Notes: a model not told the origin generated them from the letters alone. A stretch of DNA of 64,000 bases from Octopus sinensis (GCF_006345805.1 NC_043015.1:35402001-35466000), one strand, 5' to 3'. Counted from the stretch's first letter, positions 25,956-39,840 are shown. Numbers and translations: made by a program.

Positions 25956-26457
25956 CCTACACACAAAAACACCCAGTTGATGTCGTTCAAATTCTAGTGA
26001 AGGAAGTTTGGATCAAGGCTAGAAACTGGCTCTTTCTTTATTGGCAAAAAATCTTGAAATAAAACTGAATAAGGACATGCATACATACAAACATAGATCC
26101 TATGGCTGGAGGCCTTTTCAAATACCAATCAATTTACAGTGTAGTAGATGCTTTTCACATGGCAGCAACGCTTGTGAGGTCACCAAGTAACTTACAAAAT
26201 CAGACTCCAAATTTGAGTTGTGGTGTAATATTGAAAGAGGTGGCTTTATGCCTTATCTTAAAGGGCAATAGTATTATAGAGGGACTGGAGCAGGTGTGTA
26301 GCTGAAGAGGAGATACATGACAGCACCAAATGGCTCCCTTGCCAACTTCGCCATTGGATTCATGCCAAGTTTAAGCATCATTGAAGCTTCAAATGAACCA
26401 AACTCTGACAAGTGGTGCTGACAACAACAATGACAATGCACACACAGAGTATATGTA

Positions 26458-26502
<45 letters not shown>

Positions 26503-26643
26503 CTTAGTGTTGCAGTCTCGTGTGTGCTTATGCCATGTAAAAGCAACCACCATTATATTTAGCCTTATTCGTTAGTACTCCACCTCTATACGAAGATACT
26601 CAATTATAATACAAAAACAAAGAACTACCTTCACACTCATTAC

Positions 26644-26748
26644 CTTTAAGCTGTCCAGAATGTAATGTCCTTTGGAATGCATCGAGCCAAACACATTTAA
26701 GACTGTTCGGTCAACATTTTGACCATGGAGAGGTAGACCATCAGGTAC
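26644..26748 (-). CDS. EFHC2: EFHC2 coding exon 5 (VPDGLPLHGQNVDRTVLNVFGSMHSKGHYILDSLK)
   Basis: Not in the ORF track; read manually. ttcag acceptor, gtaatg donor, 105 nt open. The GQxxDRxVLN motif corresponds to EFHC2. Confidence 0.9.
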
Positions 26749-27399
26749 CTGAATAAAGGAATATAATTAAATTTGTCATGTGCACAATGAACAGCAAGAA
26801 TCAGAACAACGACACACCTATTCATTGTCAGTACATTTCAGTAGATTTGGACATAAATATACTAACTACGATTATGTTTTGTCTTTGGAGAACTTCTCAT
26901 TTAAGATGAACATGGAGGTACAGGTGTGACTGTGAGGTAAGAAGCTTGCTTCCCAACCACATAGTTCTTGGTTCAGTCCCACTGTGTGACACATTGGCAA
27001 GTGTCTTCTATAATAGCCTTGAACAAATCTTATAGTATTTGTTCTTGCATCTTACATCATGAGTTCATATCCTACTCATTATAGCTAAATGTTAGAAATA
27101 TTTTGTTACAGTCTGATCATCTGTGCATATATGAAATAATAATAATAATCCCATCAACCATAGGCACATGGCCTGAAATTTTGGATGAGAGGACTAGTTG
27201 ATTGCATCAACCTCAGTGTTCAGCTGATACTTATTTTATAGTCCCTGAAAGGATGAAAGGCAAAGGTGAGCTCAGCAAAACCTGAAATCAGAACATAAAG
27301 GCAGGTAAAATGTTCATTAAGTATTACATCTGATGCATTAAAAATTCTGCCATCTCACCACCTTAACAATACTACTACTAATAATAATAACACAATGGA

Positions 27400-28950
27400 A
27401 TAAATGTAGTGATAATTTCAGCATGCATAGCAAAACAAAAGTGCCCTTGCTACTCTTGGCTTCCAGAAGATGCTAAGAGAAGAAAGGTGGCTGAAATAAA
27501 GTTATAATGAAAGGAAACCATAAATGATAATAGTAATAATAAGTTATCCCCACCACTACTAAAATATATCAAACATATAATGGCAAAGTGGAAAACTAGG
27601 ATAACTTTTAAAAATTACTCAGAAGTCATTAAAACCTACCCTATACACATAAGAAGGGGGATTTTACAGGGACACTCACTGTCACCTTTGCTTTTCTGCC
27701 TTTCTCTAACCCTGCTAAGAAACCATGGTTTATAGGTGGTATGGACAAACAATAAACCATTTCCTGTATGTGGATGACCTTAAAATTTTCACTAGAAACA
27801 CCAAAGAAACCTTGTCGAAATTGTCCATAGTTTTAGCAAGGCCATCAGAACGAGCATGGGGCTGGACAAACGTGCAGGAGTCACACTGAGAAGAGACAAA
27901 GTAATCAACCTTGAAAATACTGCTCTCAACATAGACACAGAAATAAGAGAATTAGACCATAATCACTCATACAAATATATAGGAATAGAAGAAACAGCTA
28001 AAATATAACACACAGAAATGAAAAAGAAAATTAGGAGAGTATTATAGAAGAGTTAGACTAGTATTAAACACTGAACTTAATGCTAAAAGTAAGATAATAG
28101 AGATAAACACGCTAGCCATACCAGTCATAAATTACAGCTTTAACATAATAAAATAGAATATCAGTGAATTGAGAACCATAGACAGAAAAACCAGAAAACT
28201 ATTAACAGTGTACCAAAGTTACTATCCCAAAGCAAATGCAGACACAATATATCTACCCTGCTCAGGATACTGTGGCCTGATACAGATAGAGAGTTATAAA
28301 ATAACAACAGTTGGACTAGGAAAGTACTTGTAAGCAAGGAGTGGAAGACTACTGCATGTAATAAAGCAACACAGGAAAAAGAAAACACTTTTCTCTATAC
28401 ACAAGAAGGCAAGAGAATACAAAACAGAAACAAACTACACTGATACACTGACCTCAGATGACAACACAGCAGAGATGGTCAAAGAGACAAGAAACATGAA
28501 AACAGAAATATTAAAGATATTGAAAGAGAAATGAAGATAGAAATCACTCCATGGCAAATAACTTATAAGGCTTGACAGAGAGGAAGTGAGCCTAAGTAAA
28601 AGCCAATAATAGCTCAAAATTGCTAGACTAAAAGCAGAAACACAACTGATTCTCACTGCACAAGACTAATGCCTGACTACAAACAATTATAAAAGCAAAA
28701 TAATGAAAACAGGCTCTGACACCAAATGCAGAATGTGCAACCAGCACAATGAGACAGCTGACCATATCATCTTGTGTTGTCTAGTCTTAGTGATTTCAGT
28801 GAAGACAGGAGCATTGGGATGCATATCAGGCAGTTTTGTGGAGTGTGAAAATAAAATCTTTACTGATGCAAAGTCACAAGTCATGCAGACAACAGCACTC
28901 CTTGGTACAGCAAGGACTTTAAAGAAATTTTTGTCTATCCAAGGAACAGG
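27400..28950 (+). mobile_element. R4/Dong-like LINE (RT to C-terminus), degenerate with deletions
   Basis: Motifs GILQGHSLSPLLFCL, FLYVDDLK, CRMCNQHNETADHI and TALLGTARTLKKFL. Confidence 0.75.
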
Positions 28951-29960
28951 AGAGGAAGCAGTGATGGACTTTTGTCAACTTGTTATTGATTGTTCCTTAA
29001 GTGAAATGTATGGGCCATTTAATGTGTAAATGTCTGATGTACAAAATGAAGCAATAGATGAAAATATGACATCCCTATAAAAGAAAAAAAGAAATGCAAG
29101 TACAAATAATAATCATATATGTATTTACATTTTTAAACATAAACACAAATGTAATGTTTATACAGTTCACCCATGTACACATACAATCTTTCATACATGA
29201 ACAAGACAATATAGAACACACAGTGTTTAAACAACTTAAGAGAGAATTAATGAAGATGCAACATATCTCATTTTAAACAGAGAGAAAAAAGCAGATATGC
29301 TCAGTAATAAAAGTATTAAAAAAATAGGTGAATTTTGATTTGAGAGTCTCAGGCAATCACGATATGAAAGAAGCCTTAGCACATGTGTAGAGATCGTGTT
29401 CTGCTAAAAATTTAACACCGAAGAGACAAATTCCTGTCTTAATGTCCCTGCACAAGAGCAAAACAAAACCAAAAGAGAACAGTGGACAGATGACTATATT
29501 GAAATATGAAATGCATTCTACACTGCCAAGCTATATCCAAAACACACATGAATAATAAAAGAAGCATATCAAATATGGAGAAGAAGAAATACTGGTATAA
29601 GGGAAAAAATTTTGGAAAAAACTCTTGCAAATATCTGGTAATATATCCTGTGAAAGGGAAAAATGCCTCAAACTGAAATAGACTAAGTATCAAATAAAAT
29701 AAAAGAAGCACCAGCTGGCCACATACCCAATGCATTACACACACAGCACAATACAAATACAACAAAAGACTGCATCAGACTCCATAACAAAAGATGCAAT
29801 ACAATACCGGGAAGCATTTGCCCCCCCCCCACCCAACAGCAAAAAAAGAACACACAAAGCTGCATGCATCCCAGCAACACAGACGTGCAGCAGGTGATGC
29901 AGTATGAATTTGTTTGAAAGAACCAAATTTTGAAGAAGAACGATAACACAAAATATTAAC

Positions 29961-30212
29961 TTTTGGTAGTTTGCCTCTTTTGATGAAAACTGAAATTGGG
30001 TCACGGCCACTGTTAGGCAGGATTTCTTCGTGGATTTCTATTGTGTCATCAGAGAGGAAGTAGAGAAGCACCATCTTGTGTGGGTCACCAAACATTGCAT
30101 CCGAGTCATCCCAGAGACAGTAGAATCTAAGAACATGCTGGTCATGGACAAGGAACTGCTTCAACGTATCGATCTTTTGATAAGGTCGCATGGGCTGCTG
30201 GCCTTCATCAAC
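29961..30212 (-). CDS. EFHC2: EFHC2 coding exon 4 (VDEGQQPMRPYQKIDTLKQFL...LWDDS...DDTIEI...SGRD...KLPK), DM10 domain 2
   Basis: Overlaps ORF 29775..30191; polypyrimidine+gaag acceptor, gttaat donor, 252 nt, phase 0 to 0. Confidence 0.95.
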
Positions 30213-32748
30213 CTTCGGAAGAGAAGAAAATGGTCAATTCTTTGCAAGCTTTCAGTAATATTATAAAATTAATAAGTAGAAAGGTGGAAAATATCATAGA
30301 ATGCTGGGCTAAATTTCCCATGCTTGCCTGAGTTTTAGAAACGGTATACTGCATCTCTATATATCATAAGAGGCAACTAACATCTCTTTCTAAAGCTCTA
30401 CTTCAAGAAAACTGTCTGACTCATAACAGCAGAGAATATCTAACATTCAATGTTGATGATGATGATGATGGTTATATTGATGTCAATGACAATAATGATG
30501 TTGCCACTGGTAATAATGAAGATGGTGGTGGAGGAGGAAATGGTGATGATGGTAATGACTATGACTCTAATGATGTTGAGTGCAAGGCTAAATGGTATGC
30601 AGTGTTTCATTTCAATCCACTACATCCTGAGTTCAAATCCAATTGTGTTAACCTTGCGTTTTATCCCTTTTGGGCTAATAAAATAAATACCAATCATTGA
30701 TAGATTATGATCAATTCAATTATCTTGACATTTCACGTATACTCTGAGCACAAAGCTTCTTAAACGTTTCACAACTAAAGACCCTCTGAAATGACTTTTC
30801 CATGAATTCCAGGCTTCTGAAAGGCCTGCTTACTTGATAAACTTTGAACTCATTTCACAGACCCCAACTTTCACCCTCAGTACTTTCTTTGCGATCCCCA
30901 AGGAATGTGCAGACTCCATGTAGAGAAGTACTGCTTTAAAATTCACAGAAAAGTAAGGTAAGCAAAAGTGTTTATGTACTTGTGAAGATACCATCATCAT
31001 CATAATCACGATCACCACTGTATTCAGGCCACAGAAAGTTACTTTAATTCCAATGCCCTCTATTCTTTACTTCAATTCCAGATACTTATAAGGATGTAAT
31101 TTGTCTAAACAAAATGTCTTATATCTTCAAGGAGGGGTAAGTGTAAATTGGACATTACCGCACTCATGGTACAAGTTAAATGAAATGATCTGGTTTTGAT
31201 ATTGAGGAATTGTCTGCAACGATAGTTTTCTGCTTGAGCTCTACAAAGACACTTAGGATCCAAAAACATAGTGCCCGGAGTGTGCGAGCTAAGCTCAATA
31301 TCTATTAATTAAATAAACCTTTCAAAATCATGGGGTCTTTGAGAAAATTCAATTTTTTTATGAAAGGAATCATTAGTTGTGAAGAATTTGGAAACCACTG
31401 CTCTGCATGATTATTCAGTATGCTAAATGCAACAGTAATTTCCATCTAGAACCACCACACACTAAAAAAAGGAAGAATATATCGAATGACATGATTCCCA
31501 ATGCACTGCACCTTGAATAATAACATAGGATGGCCGTGATTGGGATGTCCTTGATCATAATTCTGATTAGGGTTAAATTGGGGAAAAACATTTAGATTTA
31601 GTTTTAAGTCTATGAGGAAACCTCTAGAAGATCATTCAAATTGGTAAAAATAGCATCCAAATATCTCATGTTACATGTTACTATCTTTAAAAAAAGGGAA
31701 GAACATTGATAATGCAGTTGTATATACATGATGCTTGAAAGAAACAAAATATAATAAAGCAGGAATGCTTTTGCTTACAGGTCTGCTTAATATTTAACCC
31801 TGAAGCCAAACAAGGAAAACAAGAATATGAATAATGTTTGCTTCAAACAGAAAATGAAATCTTAATACAGAAGCTCCTGCACAATCGTGTTCACTATCAC
31901 AGTCAGCCAACCCATGACGATGTCTCAGCTGCCGTCTTATCTTGGTCAGATATAATTCACATTGTGGTATCTGAAATAGTTCAGTTGGGAAAGTGGTAGA
32001 CTGAAGAACTAAAGGCCTGAGATTCAAGCCAAGGTTTCTGTATTCAGTGCATGATACTATTTTTGTTTTTTCTTCAAGTTGATCCTGTCCCCACTCACTT
32101 CTATTTTTGTTCCTTGAATATCCACTTTAACACCTCATCACTATTTTATTTTTGCACAGCTCCACTCTTGTTACTCCTGTCCCCTCTTCTCATACTTGTG
32201 GTATTAGCATGAGAAAAGCAGCTAGTACATGCTGTGATGTAAATGGGATGCCACTATGAAGGAAGTCCAGCTATAAACTCAACGCTAAAATAGATATAGG
32301 TGCACAATTCAGTTTCTAGACCTGATGGATCCTACCAAATCACCCAACTCATGCCAGTATGGAAGGTGAATGTTAAATGTGGATGATGATGAAGATGTCA
32401 AACAAAACACTTCATCGACTTTAGTTACATCCCATTATGTTCTAAATTCAAATCCTACCAGGATGGACTTTGTCCCTTATCCTTGTGAGGATAATACACT
32501 AAGTTTCATTCAAGTACTTGGGCCAGTTCCAAATGTACCACTTAAATACTAGTGATCAATTATATACTGAAAATTAATAAAATAAATAATTGTCAAATAC
32601 TGGGTTAAGGCATGGCTCTGGTTTGGCCTGGAATCAATATCCAAACCTAGAAAGAGAAAAATATTTGCATATTACAAAAAAAGAAAGAAAAAATATGCAG
32701 ATAATAGAGCTGATAGCTTTACTTGAGGTGAAATTAGTTTACACATAC

Positions 32749-32972
32749 TGTTCGGCGATATTCAGTATAGGGATCCTTGGGAACTGTCCCAGGTTTAGGA
32801 ATTTTCTCACCATTGTTGTACAGGAAATTATATGTAAATGGATCACAGTCAACTATCTTGAAGACTTTGCTGTAAAAGTTCACAACTGACCCAACATTGA
32901 AGTCTTCCAGAGTATAAAGCTCCTTATCATGAGGTTGTGGTTTAGGAATACGATGTCGTTGTATGATTGTTC
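32749..32972 (-). CDS. EFHC2: EFHC2 coding exon 3 (GTIIQRHRIP...FNVG...DCDPFT...DPY), rest of DM10 domain 1
   Basis: Lies within ORF 32734..33021; cccag acceptor, gtatgt donor, 224 nt, phase 1 to 0, in frame with exons 2 and 4. Confidence 0.95.
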
Positions 32973-34082
32973 CTGGGAATATAAAATTAGCATTATCAAT
33001 ATTGAGTGTTATATAAAACACACAATATACATATGAATATATATTTTAAATAAATCTTTTACAGAGTGCAACAAAAAAGAAATTCTCATATTCATCAGCC
33101 TTAATAAACGTTTTAATAGAAAATTCACAGTATATGCCAGTCCAATCTATGCAGATAATTGAAAAAAAAAGCCATAAACTTTACCTAAATGAACATGCCA
33201 TTACCTTTTGCCTATCTTCACCAACATTACAACAGTTGCAGAGTAAAATATGAGATATGCTTCTGTCACTCTCTGCATTATGATTTGATTTATACTTAGA
33301 ATGCATCATAAGAATTAATGTCCAATACATGACTACTGGTACTTCATTTTATGGTCAGGCCAATTAGTGAACCACAGGAACACCCCATTCAAACTGTAGA
33401 ACTCTAAGTAACATCAGTAGACTGACAAAGGTATGCTGAAACTTCATGTAGCAGGTAGATTGAAAACATCTGATTTATTTTATCAAAGAAGGATAAAAGA
33501 AGAATCTGGACTTGGAGGATAATCAGCCATAACTAAATATTGCAAGCATTTTCCCCAACTCTCAAATCACTCTAATAATCCAGCCAGATGGGAAAAGACT
33601 GTGCTCGTGGTCTTTGCAGTTGCTCCTAAATTGGCAAGGTGAATGTTGTTATGGTCCCACTGAAACAGCTGAAAGTTGACAATAACATGATAAATACAGC
33701 AAAGAGAGAATGTTAGAGAGATTACATTCTGAGGAGGATAGACTAGGAATGGATAACACAACATGACACAAAGCAGAGTTATTATCCCTTAGTTTAGAAA
33801 TAAAGGTTTATATATCAAATAAAGTGTAGAACTTTGTCAACATATACAGAGAAAAGACACCTGGTGATGAGTGGAGTTGAAGTATAATGTAAATATTAAA
33901 GATATTGTCCATTTGACCACTTATATAGATACAATGTTGAATTTGTTCCAAGATTAATTAAATTTGTGAAAATAGATAGGAAAGCAACAGCTGGTTGGAA
34001 TGCTTTCAAGAATAAGTTTACTTGATGCAGGTTGATCGTGAACTAAGCAACAATTATTAGCTCAAATCTCAAATGTATTTAC

Positions 34083-34422
34083 CTTGATCAAGACCACTAT
34101 TCTTTTGCCTTGTCTCCACTACTTGGATGGTGCCATCTTCAAGGTAAAAGTAAATTCTACAATTATGGATACGGAAACGTTCCTGGTTACTTTCAGTGAT
34201 AGATTCTTGGTAAAAGGCCTTAAATAAAAGAACATTTCTGTCAAAAGTAATCCAGTTAGGTATTGTGGTTCCATTCTGTTTTGTGACTAACAATGCTGTG
34301 ATTGACTGTTCTTGGTCAGGACGAGTTTCTCCACCAATTCCTGGTTTTGTGTATCCAACCTGCTGTGTGATTTCATTACAGACATCAAAATGATGGGATT
34401 TGTGGAATTTATTCTTGCCAAT
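34083..34422 (-). CDS. EFHC2: EFHC2 coding exon 2 (IGKNKFHKSHHF...KPGIGGE...FYLEDGTIQV...NSGLDQ), start of DM10 domain 1
   Basis: Lies within ORF 34069..34485; ttgcag acceptor, gtaaat donor, 340 nt, phase 0 to 1. The FHKS..., KPGIGGE and YFYLEDxTIQV motifs are typical of EFHC2. Confidence 0.95.
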
Positions 34423-34769
34423 CTGCAAAGATAATAGTAAAATGAAAATAAAAAATAAAAGCCTTGACCATAGCAACAAAAACAAAAAGAAGCCAGTTAT
34501 ATACTTTTATGCATATATGAAATAAATCATTGGTATAATGGAGCAGTATCTTAATGGCATGGATTGATATCTTAATGAGGTGAAGAAGTTTATGGCATGG
34601 AATAGTATCTTTTAGCAGAGTGAACCAGTATTTTTTAATGTGTGTATGTGTGTGAGATTGTTTGAAATATATAAGTGAACATCTCTTGTATACTTTTCAA
34701 TAATGTGTGAATATGTCTGGTTTCACTATATGATTTTTGTTTAAAAAGAAAGACATGCATTTCATTGGA

Positions 34770-35600
34770 AAATTAAAGTTCTTGGCATTGCAGAGAACCC
34801 CTTTGATGAGAACATGATGAGGTCACCAACAAGAAAAATACCAGCAGGGCCATTGAAACCAGAGGCAAAGGCTGCCTTATCTGATTGGTAAGATGGTTTA
34901 TTGCCATCAGTTTCATCAAACTGTATGTTGCATATCTCTTCTCTTCAGGATCCTCTTGGATACAGGCATCAAGATGTATGAGAAGAGATGCATGGCTGTA
35001 GCAAAGGACTCTGCAGAGGCATTGTGAAGCTTTCCTTACTGAGGACAGTGGGTGAGCATCACTAGTGTAGCTAGAGTGTGTGCGACCTGGGGCAGCCCTT
35101 CCATTTGCTGCTCCTGGACACATATTGCCTACCACAGACCCAAAAGTGTTGCCTGGGGCATCCCATCCCACCTCCAGCTTTGCTAGGGGTGAGCATTAAT
35201 TACATTCAGGCTGCTCATCAAAGTTCGAAGCTGGCAAAGTCTACAAATAAAGGTGGAACAAATGTCAGATGGGAGGACTGGCAAACGAAGGATAAGGATA
35301 TTCCCTTTTGTGGTCACCTGTACCTGGTGAAGTAATGAATGCATGTGAGAGAGAGGTCATGAAGACCTCTGCATCACAGTTGATGTTCATGATCTACAAA
35401 TCAGACAAGTTGATCTCAAGATTGATTCTCACCAGAGTGTGAAACACTGATGGGAGATTGTGGCAGAGACACTCTCTCCTGGCCTGTCTATGGTCACATT
35501 GTCCAGGTACCATTTGCTGAACAGAGTCATGATCTCCAAGCAATGCTGTTTACTATAAGAGCAAAGTGGAGTGGACCAATACCCTGTTAAATGTCAGTTG
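34770..35600 (-). mobile_element. Highly decayed non-LTR retrotransposon remnant in EFHC2 intron 1
   Basis: GC-richer coding-like stretch with weak RT-like peptides; the family is not confidently assigned. Confidence 0.35.
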
Positions 35601-36375
35601 AATATAGTATGTCCTCATGTGCAGTGAGAAGCATGCTCAGAGACCCATATAATAGGCAAACCAGCTAGTAATCAGTGGGGAACATCTGAAGCAGCTCTTG
35701 AGCAGGTTTTTGTGTATTAAACCCGTGTTCTTTATTTTACAATAGATGTGTTGAATTGTGTGTTTTTTGTATAACGTTCAGAGAATAGCTTTGAATGTAA
35801 AAACTATTTTATCAGTAATCTGGAGCCAGAAATTAAACAGGCGTCGACGACGCTGCCACCACCTCAGCTGCTGACTATAACGACGACGACGACAGTGACA
35901 CCGCCGTCGACGTCTTACATAGAACTTCATAATCAGGCCTAAACAACAATATAAGGTAGTTTCGACCTTCTAAAAAGAGCAACCAAATTTCTTTCAAAGG
36001 ATAGCCATCCTAATGCTACCACCCACTTTATTTTTTTTTTGTGGGGGTCAAATGATATATTGAATAAAGTAGTCTATGATTCACTATTAAAAAAAATGGG
36101 GCCATTACCGCTTGAATGTTTTTGATCGAAGATCTGCTCTCCCGAGGTTACCTAGGACTAAAGAACAGCACTTGGTTCTAATAAACCTTCATACAAAAAT
36201 TCCACCCCACTACTTAACAGCTAACACCATATTGAGAGATATTCATAACAATATAACACAAACTTTATAACTCAAACAAAACACTTGCTTATTTCCAAAC
36301 AGGATTCTCACTAGCCGTCGCACTGTTTTTTTTTATAACGAACATTAATTAGTGTTAATTAATTCTACTACTTAC

Positions 36376-36417
36376 ATTCGAATTAAACGAGTTACCAGGT
36401 AAGAAAGGTAGAGCCAT
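36376..36417 (-). CDS. EFHC2: EFHC2 coding exon 1 (MALPFLPGNSFNSN)
   Basis: Read manually on the minus strand: ATG at 36417, 14 codons, then a GTAAGT donor. Matches the EFHC2 N-terminus as I recall it (MALPLLPGNSFNRN). Confidence 0.93.
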
Positions 36418-36764
36418 TGCTTTTCTGTACTTTTTCCTGTTCCTTTTTCTTTTCTTTTTTTTCCTTCGTATTTCAGTTGTTATTTTTATCAATCACTTTT
36501 CATTAAGTAGTTGTGATTCTTTTTTAATTACACGGGTGTGCGTGTACAGAGAGAGAGAGAGAGAGAAATAGATAGATATGTAAGTAGATAGGTAGGTAGA
36601 TAGATAAACAGAAAGATAGATAGATAGATCTTATAAATCTTACGGTGATTTGTTTTTATTTTTGTGCTGATCTCTTCGCTTATAGATATAAAATCAAAGA
36701 AGAAACATTAATCACAGTTATAAAAACCTTATACTTGCTATTTTCCTACTTGTATCACCTGCTG

Positions 36765-36783
36765 GTTACCATAGAAACAAACA
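36765..36783. promoter_or_regulatory. Candidate RFX X-box (GTTACCATAGAAAC) with overlapping forkhead-type AAACAAACA, EFHC2 promoter
   Basis: Near-palindromic 14-mer, two mismatches from GTTRCCATGGYAAC, about 350 bp upstream of the ATG of a ciliary gene. Confidence 0.65.
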
Positions 36784-37804
36784 CCACACCTTGACGACCT
36801 ACATAATTACTAGTACTTCAAATACGACATGGGAGAGTGTCTCAAAGTGGTCACTCAACCTGCTAGAAATAGCTGCTAAACATATCTTCAATCATAACTT
36901 ACCATCCTAAAAAATAGAGGGTTGGACGATTTGACTTAGGGCTGGGGCGATCTTTCGTCTCTAGTAGACCTTTCCGTCGATTTCCGTAAAAAACTTTTTT
37001 TTTACATATGGGCTTGCGGGAACTTTTGAAGTAATGAGAGCGAAAGAGACTAAGAGAAAGCGATTGTATGACGAGGGAAGTTCTTTTGAAGTTACCGTGC
37101 ATGGGAAGCATTGATGTACATGTGTGTGTGTGTGTGTTTGATGGGGTGTGGGAGACAGACAGTATGTTGTGTAAGTGAAGTGCTTCTGTTAGTGTGTGAA
37201 GAGACAGAGTAATGTGTGAAAGAGAGAGATAACTGAAATTTTTTACTCGGTGTATGTGTATATGTATGTATGCATGTATGTGTGTGTGTATGTATCTATG
37301 TATGTGTGTGTGTATGTATGTGTGTAGTGGGTGCTTTTTACGTGCCACTAGCACTGGAGCCGGTCAGGAGGTACTTCACTTTTTTTTACACAAAGTAAAT
37401 AATTTTTGTTAAACAAAGTAAATAAAACAAAAACACTAAGTAAGGATCGACAAGTCATGACTAGCTAGCGCGGATGCGCGAGTACGCAAGTGCGTGCACC
37501 GGGACCACTCTTCTTTTTAATTATGCGCCATACGTCTAATAACTTCAACACACTTCCAAAATGGGACTTCGTCTATGTTTATCTACGTGCGTCTATGAGT
37601 AGATATGTGTGTGTGAACCATCCCATCAGTAACAATCATCACAACAAGAAGCAACTGTTGCTATGCTTCTGAAAATGTGTGTATGTATGGGTGGGTGCTT
37701 TGCAACATAAATTAATTTTGGCGGTAAGGACTGAACCCATTGTTTCATTATCACAATAAAAAATAAATTCGAAGGATTAACATCACACAAGTTCATATAT
37801 TATT

Positions 37805-37990
37805 TCTGTTAAATCTAATTGAAATCAAGCTCTCTCTCTCTCTCCACCTCTCTCTCTGCTTCTGCCTCCTCACCTCCCACTCCATCTCCCTCTTCAGCTC
37901 CCACACCATCTCACTCTCCACCTCTCTCTCTAGATCTCCCCTCCTCTCCAGCTCCCACTCCACCTCTCTCTCTCCAGCTCCCTCACCAAA
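37805..37990. repeat. Polypyrimidine/polypurine low-complexity tract
   Basis: About 180 bp of mostly C/T on the plus strand with ctccca/ctctct subunits. Confidence 0.8.
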
Positions 37991-38479
37991 CGACATCGAA
38001 GCGTACTTCGGAACGGCTGAAAATTTCTGCGCTCTAAATTGTTATAGGTAAATGGAAACACTTGATGCCATTTCAAGACTGTTTTGCAGCTTATACATCC
38101 TGAAATCAATATATCCAGTAATTTTAGCAGGTATGTAAAACATTGTTTTCATAAACTTTGACTTGTTTCACAAGAAAAATAAAAAAGGTTTATTTTTTTC
38201 TCTAGACGTCGTTACCACTAACTTTTATAACTTCAGCATTCGTTTATCACCAATTGTCATCTCGGAAAAAAACATTTTTTCCACAAATTTCTTTATAATA
38301 GTCATGTATGCCGTTTGAAAGGTGTCTGTTTAAACTTTTATTGAAAAAAAACTGCATTTTCCCAAAAGTTACGAGAGAAAAGCTCGGATCTTCTGAATTT
38401 TACGAGGTCCTCTGGTCGCCCTCTTGCAAGAAATTTTCTCCACAAATTTCTTTATAATCGTCATGCTTTTCAATCTTTT

Positions 38480-39350
38480 TGCTGGAGCCGAACCCCAAGG
38501 AAACATTCCACTGGCTTGAGGAACCCCTGTGCAATAATCTAATTGTCTTATGCAAAAAAAAACAGCATTTAATTAATGAAATGAAAATACTCATGTTCAG
38601 ATTTATTTACAATTAAATCACAAACTAAAAAAATTGTCATGTACATATGCAATTTTATTCTTGCATCTACTGTTATTATTAAAACGTGTATTAAAAAACT
38701 TTAGTTTGAATAGGTTACATTTATTCTCATCAAAAACTCAACGAGAAACTTGAGCCTGGTGTTTCTTGCACAACTCTTTAAGATTGGGTCGTGTTTCTGA
38801 TAGATACACACAAAGTTCATCTTCCACAGACCGCAATTGTGCTTGATGGTTGTCAGGACTAAAAATCCAAATTCACAGGAGTAGGAGTTAAAAACTGCAC
38901 AAGAAGTCGCAGCGCTTTCTGAGCGATTGCAGGATACTCCTTTTCAACCAGCAACCAAAATGCATCCAGGTGAAGCTCAGAATGTTCTGTCATTTAAAAC
39001 ACTGGCAAGTTCTTCTTCTGTTAATGTGAACTGTTCTTCAAATGGCTCAAATTCCACAAATGGGTTTCTAATCCAGTCATACTGGTCAACAGATATCCAT
39101 GGAAAATATTTGTCAAGATTTGTTAACAAAGTGTGTAAATGGTTCAAAATCAGTAGCGCAGTTTCTTGACAATTCCTTTTAAAAACACTTGGAAACATTT
39201 CCAAATTTCCTGCAGCTGTGCGTTTCTTCCATATTGTCAGTTTCTTCTGAAAAGCATTTATTTTGTCAGTAGAAGACAAGATATTTTCGTTCCTGCCCTG
39301 CATGCCATTGTTCAAGAGGCTTACCTCATGAAATATATCGGCAAGATATA
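38480..39350 (-). mobile_element. hAT (Buster/Charlie-like) transposon 3' remnant
   Basis: ORF 38977..39315 (LQG..N..DKINAFQKKL..WK..NLEMFP..YF..DWIRNPF) followed by YSCEFGFS of the dimerization domain and a Charlie-like subterminal sequence near 38500. Confidence 0.85.
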
Positions 39351-39359
39351 CTAACTTGG

Positions 39360-39840
39360 AACCCTATTTTCCTTAAAGATACGAGGGAAACGCTCGGATC
39401 TTGTGAATTTCCAGAAATCATCTCACCACCTTTTTTGGAAAAGACTGTCGCCATAAACTTCTAGGAAATCTGAATGTATGTCAAAAGGAATATATTTCAA
39501 TTATATTTCATAGAATAAAAACCCCATTTTCCTTAAAGATACAACGAAAACGCTCGGATCTTGTGAATTTCCAGAAATCATCTCCCCATAAACTTCTAGG
39601 TAATATGAATGTATTCCAAAAGAAATGCATTTCTATTAAATTTCATTGAATAAAAACCCCATTTTCCTTAAAGATACGACGGAAACGCTCGGATCTTGTG
39701 GATTTATAAAAATCATCTCCCCACCCTTTTTGGAAAAACTGTCCCCATAAAATTCTAGGTAATCTGAATGTATGCCAAAAGAAAAGCATTTTCATTAAAT
39801 TTCATTGAAGAAAACCCCAACGTTTCTTAAAGATACGACA
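39360..39840. repeat. Tandem array of about 3.3 diverged 115-155 bp units (aaagatac..aaacgctcggatcttgtg..aaatcatctc..tctagg)
   Basis: The unit starts recur at about 39376, 39535, 39670 and 39827. Related sequence occurs at 38270-38460 and 40320-40375. Confidence 0.8.

Noticed and set aside
35825-35915. CpG-rich gcgtcgacgacg...(gac)n...cgtcgacgt patch in intron 1
   Set aside because: It looks like a decayed trinucleotide microsatellite with no further structure.
36147-36159. Second X-box-like GTTACCTAGGACT in intron 1
   Set aside because: The right half-site does not match RGYAAC; too weak to call.
37793-38037. Glu/Arg-rich and Ser/Pro-rich ORFs
   Set aside because: These are low-complexity translations of a polypyrimidine tract.
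39360-39840. CRISPR-like appearance of repeated motifs (also the right-end minisatellite)
   Set aside because: The units repeat along their whole length with no unique spacers, there are no cas genes, and the context is eukaryotic.
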